From positions 210,001 to 242,000 of the forward strand of contig NZ_LN831039.1 in assembly GCF_001457595.1 (NCBI RefSeq): 32,000 nucleotides of DNA, read 5' to 3'. Both the position numbers and the translations under genes were made by a program. Origin of the DNA: Mycolicibacterium smegmatis (GTDB lineage Bacteria; Actinomycetota; Actinomycetes; Mycobacteriales; Mycobacteriaceae). The notes under the pieces were generated by a model, which worked only from the letters and a program-made list of their open reading frames with translations, was not told the DNA's origin and did no database searches. Shown in pieces: positions 16,750 to 24,254 of this stretch; the stretch's first letter is position 1; each line of letters starts with the position of its first letter.

Positions 16750-17214
16750 GTGAGCACAGTGGTCGACACCCGCAGTGTGGAAGCCATCTCGGAGATGATC
16801 ATCACCGGCACGGATCTTCTGTGGCGACATCTGGTCGACCGCACCGCGCTGAGCTCCAGCGCAACACTTCTGCTCAATCGACTCGAACGTCAGGGACCGA
16901 TGCGGCTGACCGCGCTGGCCGAGGCGGAGGGCGCGAGCCAGTCGGGCATGACGCAACTGGTGCAACGGCTGGAACAGCAGGGACTGGTGGAACGCTGCAG
17001 CGATCCCGAAGACGGACGCGCGCGGCTCGTGGCGATCAGCGAAGCGGGCCGCAAACAGTGGGACACGCGCGCCGAGATCCGCAGGCAGCGCCTCACCGGA
17101 CTGCTGGCCGCCGTGCCCGCCGACGATCAGGTGGCGCTCGCGCTCGCCGCGCAGATCGGGGCACGGGTGCTCACGCAGATGCGCGAGATCGCCGACGCCG
17201 GGCTCAGCGAGTGA
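16750..17214 (+). CDS. MarR-family transcriptional regulator, divergent from mmpS-mmpL (Rv0678-like position)
   Basis: The winged HTH reads PMRLTALAEAEGASQSGMTQLVQRLEQQGLVERCSDPEDGRARLVAISEAG, and the protein is 154 aa. The position mirrors Rv0678/mmpS5/mmpL5 in M. tuberculosis. Confidence 0.85.
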   Translation: MSTVVDTRSVEAISEMIITGTDLLWRHLVDRTALSSSATLLLNRLERQGPMRLTALAEAEGASQSGMTQLVQRLEQQGLVERCSDPEDGRARLVAISEAGRKQWDTRAEIRRQRLTGLLAAVPADDQVALALAAQIGARVLTQMREIADAGLSE

Positions 17215-17662
17215 TCCGCTTGGCGTAGAAGACCCGGGAGTATCCGTCCTGTTCACCGCGGGCCGTATCGACGTAGCCATGCCGGGGGTAGAACGTCTGG
17301 TTCTCGGTCATCTTCTCGTTGGTGTAAAGCCGCACCTCCGGCAGCCCGAGTTCACGGGCATCCTGCTCGGCCCGGGCAAGCAACCGCGCACCGTACCCAC
17401 GGCCCTGTGTGCCGGGCGCGACGGCGACGGTGTCGAGCAGCAGGTGGTCGTCGTGCACCTCGTTGACGAGCGCCCCGACCAGCCTGCCGTCGGCCTCCAG
17501 CACCCACACTCGCGAATTCTCCAGCGCTGCGGCGTAATCGGCCGACATCGGTGCGGGCTCCCGACCGATTCTGGGGACGTACAGCGCGAACGCATCCCGC
17601 ACGAGCCGTTCGATGCCGGGTACGTCGGAGGGCTCAGCACGGCGGATGACGGTGTCACTCAC
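17204..17662 (-). CDS. GNAT-family N-acetyltransferase
   Basis: The acetyl-CoA motif is VAPGTQGRGYGARLLARAEQDA. GTG 17662 overlaps the anmK stop by 8 nt (GTGAGTGA); ATG 17680 is the alternative. The 3' end overlaps marR by 11 nt (convergent). Confidence 0.8.
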   Translation of the reverse strand: MSDTVIRRAEPSDVPGIERLVRDAFALYVPRIGREPAPMSADYAAALENSRVWVLEADGRLVGALVNEVHDDHLLLDTVAVAPGTQGRGYGARLLARAEQDARELGLPEVRLYTNEKMTENQTFYPRHGYVDTARGEQDGYSRVFYAKRITR

Positions 17663-18827
17663 CCGACAACCGTAGAACACGGGGAGCCGTGGTCACCGGC
17701 GAAGGCAGCCGAAGCGGCGCGACGCCAGGGGTGATGCTGCCCAACACCGCGGCACGGCGGGCGCCTGTCCCGGAAGGCAACGTGCCGGGCAGGCCATGGA
17801 AAGTGAGGAATCCCAGTACCGCGAATGCCAGGGCTTCCTTGGCATCCGACGGCAGGCCGAGTTGATCGGAGGACCGCAGGGGTACAGACGGCAGTTCTTC
17901 ACCGATCATGTTCATCAACACAGGATTTCGTGTGCCGCCGCCTGAGGCGAACAGCTCGGTGACACCGTGTGCGCGACACGCATCGGCGACCGTGACGGCG
18001 GTGAGCCGGGCGAGTGTGGCCAGCACGTCATCCGCGTTCACCGGTGGCAGCCCATCGAGAGCGCGCAACAGGTAGGGCAGATGGAAGTGTTCCTTGCCGG
18101 TGCTCTTCGGAGCGGGGCGGCGGTAGTAGTCGTCGTCCAGTAGCACCCGTAGCAGTGCCTCGTCGACGTGGCCCGCGCCCGCACGGCGGCCGTCTTGGTC
18201 GTAGGCGGCCGCGCCGCCGGTCAGATGTGCCACCGCGGCATCCATCAGCGCGTTGGCCGGTCCGGTGTCGAACGCCACCGGATCCGAGTCGGTGGCCACA
18301 ACGGTGAGATTCGCGATGCCGCCGAGGTTCAGCGCGGCAGGCGTACCCGGCCGGCCACGCAGCGCAAGGGTGTCCACCATGGCAACCAGCGGTGCGCCCT
18401 GACCGCCTGCCGCGATATCCCTGCTGCGCAGGTCGGAGACGACCGGCAGGCCGGTCGCCTCGGCGATCCACGCGGACTGCCCGAGCTGCAGGGTGCCGCG
18501 CACTTCGCCGTCCTCCACCCAGTGGTACACCGTCTGTCCGTGTGACACGACGAGATCCGCGCTGCCATCACACAGCTCGGACAGGGCACGTCGAGCCGCC
18601 GAGGCGAAGGCCCGGCCGATCATGGTGTCGAGCATGGTGACGGCGTGTGCCGTTGTCGACGCGGGCGGCAAGGTCGCTGCCAGCAACTCACGCAGTTCGG
18701 TCGGATAGGGGATGGACAGCTGGCCCAGCGCCCGCAGCACCAGAGCGTCGTCGTCGACAGTGATGTCGGCGGCGGCAGCATCGATCGCGTCGTGAGACGT
18801 GCCCGACATCAGGCCGATCACCCGCAA
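17655..18827 (-). CDS. anmK: Anhydro-N-acetylmuramic acid kinase
   Basis: The N-terminus (M)RVIGLMSGTSHDAIDAA matches the AnmK signature GxMSGTSxDGxD. The ~390 aa length is typical. The start is TTG 18827, with GTG 18821 as an alternative. Confidence 0.85.
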   Translation of the reverse strand: MRVIGLMSGTSHDAIDAAAADITVDDDALVLRALGQLSIPYPTELRELLAATLPPASTTAHAVTMLDTMIGRAFASAARRALSELCDGSADLVVSHGQTVYHWVEDGEVRGTLQLGQSAWIAEATGLPVVSDLRSRDIAAGGQGAPLVAMVDTLALRGRPGTPAALNLGGIANLTVVATDSDPVAFDTGPANALMDAAVAHLTGGAAAYDQDGRRAGAGHVDEALLRVLLDDDYYRRPAPKSTGKEHFHLPYLLRALDGLPPVNADDVLATLARLTAVTVADACRAHGVTELFASGGGTRNPVLMNMIGEELPSVPLRSSDQLGLPSDAKEALAFAVLGFLTFHGLPGTLPSGTGARRAAVLGSITPGVAPLRLPSPVTTAPRVLRLSGE

Positions 18828-18838
18828 TGCGCTGTCCG

Positions 18839-20398
18839 TCAGTTCCGGCCGGCCACGGTGGGGACCGTGGCGGATTCGTCGTCGTGGTCGGGGAGCGCGG
18901 CGACCTCAGGGGGACGGTGGAACCGGCTCATCACCCCACCGACCAGCAGGGTGATGAGGACACCGATCGGCACGAGCCACTGCGCGGCGATCGCCGACGG
19001 CACGGTCTCGCCGCTCGCGGTCACGTCGATCTTCACGTATCGGACGATGTAGGTCATCACGACGACCGTGACGACGAAGGACACCACGGCGTCGAATTGA
19101 TTGGCGCGCCGCACAAGTCGGCCCAAGAGGAACGCTCCGAGCAGCGCACCGTAGGTGTAGCCCGCGATCGCAAGGCCGGTCAGATACACGTTGCCGGTGT
19201 TGGCGCTGAAGCCGCACGCGAACACGGCCATCAACACCGCCCACACCAGGGTCATCAGCCGCCCCAGGCGCAGCAGTGACTGCTCCGACGGGGAACGCGA
19301 GAGAAAGCTGTTGATGAAGTCCGACACCGATGAACTCGACATCGAGTTCAGGGCCGCGGACAGCGAGCCCATGGCGGCGCCCAGGATGCTGGCGACCAGC
19401 AGACCGGACACCACCACCGGTAGCCCGTGCAGGATGAAGTTCGGATACAGATTGTCCGAGCTCGCGAGCCCGAGTTCCTGGAATGTCCTGCCCCCGTTGT
19501 ACGACCACAGCAGCGCGCCGACGAGGGAGAACGCCGCGAACTGGAACGTGATGAACACGCCCGAGGCGATCATGGCCTTCTGGCTGTCGCGCAACGTCCG
19601 CGTGGCCAGGATGCGCTGCACGATCAACTGGTCGGAGCCGTGGCTGGCCATCGCGAAGATCGCACCGCCGATGATCGCCGTCGGGAGTGCGAACGTGCTG
19701 GTGGCGATGTGAGCGAGGGAGAAGTTCGTGTCGAACACGTCGAACTTGCCTGCGTGCAGGGCATCTGCGACACCGGTGCTGCCGACATGGCCCCAGAGCA
19801 CGATGATGGCGAGGATGGCACCGCCCAGGTACAACGTCATCTGGACGGCATCGGTCCAGACGACCGCCTTGATACCGCCCAGGTAGGTGTAGACGACCGT
19901 GATGGCCGTGACGACGACGATGATCGTGCGGTAATCGGCATGCACCCCGAATTCGTCGAGCAGCAGCTTGATCGGGATGGCCGACGCGAACAGGCGGACG
20001 CCTTCGGCGAGCAGTCGGGTGAACACGAACGTGACCGACGCCAGGCCCTGGAGTTTGAGGCCGAATCGGGTGCCCAGGTACTGGTAGGCGCTGACGAAAC
20101 CGCCGCGTTTGTACAGGGGGATCAGCACCACGGCGACCACGACGCGGCCCACGACATAGCCGAGAGCGAGTTCCACGTTGCCGAATCCCTGGCCGCTGTA
20201 GGCGCCACCGGGAACGCTTATGACGGTGAGCACGCTGGTCTCGGTGGCGACCACCGAGAACGACACCGTCCACCACGGCAGCTTGCCCTCACCGACGAAG
20301 TAGTCCTTCGAGGTCTTCTGACGTCCGGACGCCCGCAGTCCGAACCAGGCGATCGCCACCAGATAGACGACGATCACGACGAGGTCGAGTACGCGCAC
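18839..20398 (-). CDS. Sodium:solute symporter (SSS/SSF) family transporter
   Basis: It is a 519-aa polytopic protein with about 13 hydrophobic helices and overall SSF-like sequence. GTG 20398 is preceded by GGAG with a 5-nt spacer. It sits between the sugar kinase and anmK with gaps of 8 and 11 nt. Confidence 0.8.
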   Translation of the reverse strand: MRVLDLVVIVVYLVAIAWFGLRASGRQKTSKDYFVGEGKLPWWTVSFSVVATETSVLTVISVPGGAYSGQGFGNVELALGYVVGRVVVAVVLIPLYKRGGFVSAYQYLGTRFGLKLQGLASVTFVFTRLLAEGVRLFASAIPIKLLLDEFGVHADYRTIIVVVTAITVVYTYLGGIKAVVWTDAVQMTLYLGGAILAIIVLWGHVGSTGVADALHAGKFDVFDTNFSLAHIATSTFALPTAIIGGAIFAMASHGSDQLIVQRILATRTLRDSQKAMIASGVFITFQFAAFSLVGALLWSYNGGRTFQELGLASSDNLYPNFILHGLPVVVSGLLVASILGAAMGSLSAALNSMSSSSVSDFINSFLSRSPSEQSLLRLGRLMTLVWAVLMAVFACGFSANTGNVYLTGLAIAGYTYGALLGAFLLGRLVRRANQFDAVVSFVVTVVVMTYIVRYVKIDVTASGETVPSAIAAQWLVPIGVLITLLVGGVMSRFHRPPEVAALPDHDDESATVPTVAGRN

Positions 20399-20406
20399 GA
20401 TGGCTC

Positions 20407-21387
20407 CTAGCGAACGGCCGGGTGGGATTGGGTGCTGGTGTGCCGGACACGGGCGATGTGAGCCTCGTGGGGCGTGGTGAGGTCGCGTGACAGAAGGTGT
20501 GCACCGTGCAACGAATCACCCAGCGGAAGATGCAAATTCGTCTGCGGTGACGCGGCGCTCAATGCCGTTCTGAGCGGCCGCAGGAGCGGTTCGCCGAGGT
20601 GGACGAGCCCGCCGGTGATCGCGACAGGAAGTCTGTTCCGGGGATCGATCCGGAGCGTCGTGGTGAGTACCGCGGATGCCAGGGCTGTCGCGGCGTCGGC
20701 CAGGATCCCGGCCGCCACCGGGTCGCCCGACTCGGCCGCGCGTGCCACGTCGGGCGCGAACGAGGCCGACGTTCTCGCTGGATTACCCTGTGCCTCAACG
20801 GTTGCGGGCAGTTGCTGAAGGTCTCCGAATCGAGCGGTGGCCATCGCGAGCAGCTGCGTGGCGGGGCCACGTCCGTCATGGGCATGCAGCGCAGCGCGCA
20901 GTCCGGCGGTTCCGATCCAGGCTCCGCCGCCCTCGTCGCCGAGCCACGGGCCCCAACCGCCCACGCGTGAGAAGGTGCCGTCCGCGCCGACGCCGACGGC
21001 CACGGATCCGGTTCCCACGCTCAACACCACCCCGGGACGTGCGCCGAGGGCCCCGGCGTGAGCGGTGACCGCGTCGCTGGTGACGGCGACCTCGTCGGCG
21101 GGCAGTCCGGCCAGGAGTTCGGCGGCCAGCGCCCGCGCGGCCTCCGGTGCCGTGGCGGCACCTGCTGCGCCGACGAACACCGTTGAAAGTCGCAGCCCGG
21201 CACGATCGTTCAGAAGGGGAGAGACCGCGGCACACACCGCGTCCCGGGCCGCCGTCACCCCTCGCTGGGCGGCGAGACCGGGTGCGCCATGCGCCTCGTG
21301 AGATTGCGACGGCGAATCCGCGTCCTGTGGCCACACGGCTGCACGGCAGCCTGTCTTGCCCAGGTCGACCACGATCGTCGCAGACAT
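20407..21387 (-). CDS. BadF/BadG/BcrA/BcrD-type ATPase (N-acetylglucosamine / MurNAc kinase-like)
   Basis: The phosphate-1 motif is VVDLGKTGCRAAVW, followed by a GTGSVAVG motif. The length is 326 aa. The context with murQ/anmK suggests a MurK-like amino-sugar kinase. Confidence 0.7.
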   Translation of the reverse strand: MSATIVVDLGKTGCRAAVWPQDADSPSQSHEAHGAPGLAAQRGVTAARDAVCAAVSPLLNDRAGLRLSTVFVGAAGAATAPEAARALAAELLAGLPADEVAVTSDAVTAHAGALGARPGVVLSVGTGSVAVGVGADGTFSRVGGWGPWLGDEGGGAWIGTAGLRAALHAHDGRGPATQLLAMATARFGDLQQLPATVEAQGNPARTSASFAPDVARAAESGDPVAAGILADAATALASAVLTTTLRIDPRNRLPVAITGGLVHLGEPLLRPLRTALSAASPQTNLHLPLGDSLHGAHLLSRDLTTPHEAHIARVRHTSTQSHPAVR

Positions 21388-21505
21388 GCCTCGGTCTTCC
21401 CCCTTCCCGACACGGCCGAGCGGTGAAACGCGCTCGCCCTGCGAGTATCGGCAGAGGTCCGGGGTATGTCAATAAATAACTTCTGACAGACACAGATGTA
21501 ACTTT

Positions 21506-21535
21506 TTGACCTACTTCCGCGCAGGCCGTTATCGT
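21506..21535 (+). promoter_or_regulatory. Candidate sigma-A-type promoter for murR-murQ
   Basis: It reads TTGACC (21506-21511), an 18-nt spacer, then TATCGT (21530-21535), 33 nt upstream of ATG 21569. An inverted repeat TGTCA-N12-TGACA lies just upstream (about 21468-21489). Confidence 0.3.
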
Positions 21536-21568
21536 GACCTTCATCCGCCGAACGAGAAGAGGACGGTC

Positions 21569-22471
21569 ATGGCACGTCAGGACGCCACCGCGACCCTCGC
21601 CGACATCCGCGCCGTGCGACCGACACTGGCGCCGTCGGAGCGACGCGTCGCCGACGTGGTTCTCGCCGACCCGGCCCGCGCCTCCGGGTTCTCCATCAGC
21701 GTGCTCGCCGAGCACGCCGAGACATCGGTCGCCACGGTGATGCGCTTCTGCCGCACGGTCGGGCTCACGAGCTACTCCCAACTACGCCTCGCCTTGGCGG
21801 CGGCCGCCGCGCGCGAGCTCGCACGCGGAGACGAGAGCCCCGCGCCCGGTACCGACATCAGTGTCACCGACACGGTGGACGAGATCGTCAAGAAGATCAT
21901 CTACAACGAGATCCGGGTCCTGGAAGACACCGGCGCGGCCCTCGACATCGAGATGCTGCACCGCGCAATCGATGTCGTCTCCGGTGCGCGGCGCATCGAC
22001 ATCTCCGGTGTCGGCGCCAGCGCGTTCGTGGCACAGGATCTCCACCAGAAACTGCACCGCATCGGCCGCATCGCGTTCGTCTGGAGCGACCGTCATTCCG
22101 CAGTCACCGCGGCGGCACTCCTGGGACCCGGCGACGTCGCCTTCGCGGTATCCCATTCGGGCGAGACCGACGACGTCGTCGAATTCCTGGACGCGGCAGC
22201 CGGATGCGGTGCGACGACCATCGCCCTGACCAATTCACCGCGCTCCGCTCTCGCGGAAGCCGCAGACATCGTGCTGACCACGTGTGCCCGTGAAACCCCG
22301 TTCCGGTCAGGGGCCACTGTCAGCCGTATCGCGCAGTTGGCCGTCATCGACTGTCTTTTCGTGGGTGTTGCGCAGCGTTCGTTCGGTGAGACCACGACGG
22401 CGCTCGAGAAGACACACGCTGCCGTACAGCGTCACCGTCGCTCACCACGTCGCACGTCGAACAACGGATGA
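21569..22471 (+). CDS. murR: MurR/RpiR-family transcriptional regulator (HTH_6 plus SIS domain)
   Basis: ATG 21569 follows AGAAGAGGA with a 5-nt spacer. The N-terminus LAPSERRVADVVLADP..SISVLAEHAETSVATVMRFCRTVGL is the RpiR HTH, and the C-terminal SIS domain reads ISGVGASAFVAQDL..VSHSGET. It lies immediately upstream of murQ. Confidence 0.85.
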   Translation: MARQDATATLADIRAVRPTLAPSERRVADVVLADPARASGFSISVLAEHAETSVATVMRFCRTVGLTSYSQLRLALAAAAARELARGDESPAPGTDISVTDTVDEIVKKIIYNEIRVLEDTGAALDIEMLHRAIDVVSGARRIDISGVGASAFVAQDLHQKLHRIGRIAFVWSDRHSAVTAAALLGPGDVAFAVSHSGETDDVVEFLDAAAGCGATTIALTNSPRSALAEAADIVLTTCARETPFRSGATVSRIAQLAVIDCLFVGVAQRSFGETTTALEKTHAAVQRHRRSPRRTSNNG

Positions 22472-22484
22472 ACCAAGGGGTTTC

Positions 22485-23381
22485 ATGGATCTGAGCGCAT
22501 TGGAGACCGAGGGCCGCAACACACGGACCACGGAACTGGACCGACTGACCGTCCCCGAACTGCTGGCGGTCATGAACGACGAGGACCGAACCGTCGCATC
22601 CGCGGTCCGGGCCGCACTCGAGCAGATCGGTGCCGCGGTCGGGTTGATCACCGAATCCCTGCGCCGCGGAGGGCGGCTCATCTACCTCGGCGCAGGCACG
22701 AGTGGCCGCATCGGGCTGCTCGACGCCGTCGAGTGTCCGCCGACGTTCGGCACCACACCCGATCAGGTGGTCGGGCTTCTGTCAGGAGGGCCCGGAGCGT
22801 TCGTCACGGCAGTCGAAGGGGCCGAGGACCAACCGGAACGCGCGGCCGACGATCTCGACGGCATCGGTGTGTCGGCCGACGACACGGTGGTCGGCCTGGC
22901 CGCCAGCGGACGCACGCCCTACGTCGTCGGCGGCTTGCAACACGCACGGGGTGCGGGTGCCGCCACCGTATCGATTGCGTGCAACAGGGACGCTTTGATC
23001 AGCCGATATGCCGACGTGGCGATCGAGGTGCTCACCGGCCCCGAGGTGCTCACGGGTTCGACGCGGCTCAAGGCGGGCACGGCGGAGAAGATGGTGTGCA
23101 ACATGCTCTCGACCGCATCGATGGTGCGTCTCGGCAAGGTCTACGGCAATCTGATGGTCGACGTCCGCGCCACCAACGGCAAGCTGGTCGATCGGGTGCG
23201 GCGGATCGTGGTGGAGTCCACCGGAGCGGAGCCCGAGACCGCCGAGCAGGCTCTCGCCGCCGCCGACGGACATGCCAAGACGGCGATCGTCATGCTCGCG
23301 GCGGGCTGCTCCGCCGACGAGGCCGCACGGCGTATCGAGCGCGCAGGCGGGGACATCCGCACGGCCATCGGCGCAGGCTGA
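22485..23381 (+). CDS. murQ: N-acetylmuramic acid 6-phosphate etherase
   Basis: The segment LIYLGAGTSGRIGLLDAVECPPTFGT and the overall SIS-type sequence match MurQ. It is 298 aa from ATG 22485. The tracked upstream extension overlaps murR out of frame. Confidence 0.9.
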   Translation: MDLSALETEGRNTRTTELDRLTVPELLAVMNDEDRTVASAVRAALEQIGAAVGLITESLRRGGRLIYLGAGTSGRIGLLDAVECPPTFGTTPDQVVGLLSGGPGAFVTAVEGAEDQPERAADDLDGIGVSADDTVVGLAASGRTPYVVGGLQHARGAGAATVSIACNRDALISRYADVAIEVLTGPEVLTGSTRLKAGTAEKMVCNMLSTASMVRLGKVYGNLMVDVRATNGKLVDRVRRIVVESTGAEPETAEQALAAADGHAKTAIVMLAAGCSADEAARRIERAGGDIRTAIGAG

Positions 23382-24080
23382 TCAGTTGGTCGCCGTGACA
23401 GGCCCGGTGTTGATGCGATCGGCGGCGAACGCCGCGCCCTGATCGGTCAGATCACCGTCGTAGCTGCTGGGATTGTGCACCGCGAAGTTCAATCCGTCGG
23501 AGCACACCGGGTCCTCGGTCGCGCAGTACGTGCGGGTCTTCGTCTCGTAGAGGGGGCCGATCACCACGCGGGGTTCACCGAGGAAGTTCATGGCGCGTTC
23601 GTTCGGCAGCCCGAACAGCACGACCGCGGCGACGTGATCGGCGATGTCGGGTTGCAGCGGTTTGGGCACCGTGGCGGGGTCGACGCCGTCGGGAACGGCG
23701 GCCGAGGTGACGAAGCCCGCGACCGCTGCGCCCTGTGAGTAGCCACCGAGGACCATCTCGGTTTGCGGACATGTCTCGGCCATGGAGATGATGCGCGTAC
23801 TCGCGTCTCTGACACCGTCCACGCCGGTTGCCCACTGATCGGTCGCGGGATAGTTGACCGGGTACACGTCGACCGATCGGTCACCCAACCGTGGGCGCAG
23901 CGCGTCGATGAACGCCTGCCCGGTGGGACCCACACCGGGAGCCTCACCCGTTCCCCGGGCGAAGATCACCTCGACATCAGCGCACGACTCGGGTGCCGCG
24001 AACGCCTGCGGCGCAGTCATCGCTGACAGGGGCGCCGCCACCGAAGCGCAGCAAACCCCCAGAGCTCTAATCCATTTCAC
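23382..24080 (-). CDS. Secreted cutinase-family serine esterase
   Basis: The signal peptide is (M)KWIRALGVCCASVAAPLSAMTAPQAFA. Motifs VIFARGTGE, the nucleophile elbow GGYSQGAAV and the C-terminal CATEDPVCS..VHNPSSY are present. GTG 24080 follows GGAAGGGGGA. Confidence 0.88.
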   Translation of the reverse strand: MKWIRALGVCCASVAAPLSAMTAPQAFAAPESCADVEVIFARGTGEAPGVGPTGQAFIDALRPRLGDRSVDVYPVNYPATDQWATGVDGVRDASTRIISMAETCPQTEMVLGGYSQGAAVAGFVTSAAVPDGVDPATVPKPLQPDIADHVAAVVLFGLPNERAMNFLGEPRVVIGPLYETKTRTYCATEDPVCSDGLNFAVHNPSSYDGDLTDQGAAFAADRINTGPVTATN

Positions 24081-24254
24081 GTCGAACGTCCCCCTTCCGC
24101 CTTACCCAAACACACGGACCAGACGTAATACTCCCCGGTTCAACGTCCAGGCGCAGTATTGCGTTCACCACGCTTTCCGGCGGCGCGTCCCGAATGCGAC
24201 GGCGGTCGCCGTCGTTTCACCGGGTGGTACCGACGCCGAGCTGTGAGGAGAGAC

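Noticed and set aside
18906-20276. A 456-aa minus-strand ORF overlapping the SSS transporter gene in another frame.
   Set aside because: It is on the same strand as the symporter but off-frame. Its translation is R/P/G-rich, while the 18839..20398 frame gives a coherent polytopic membrane protein.
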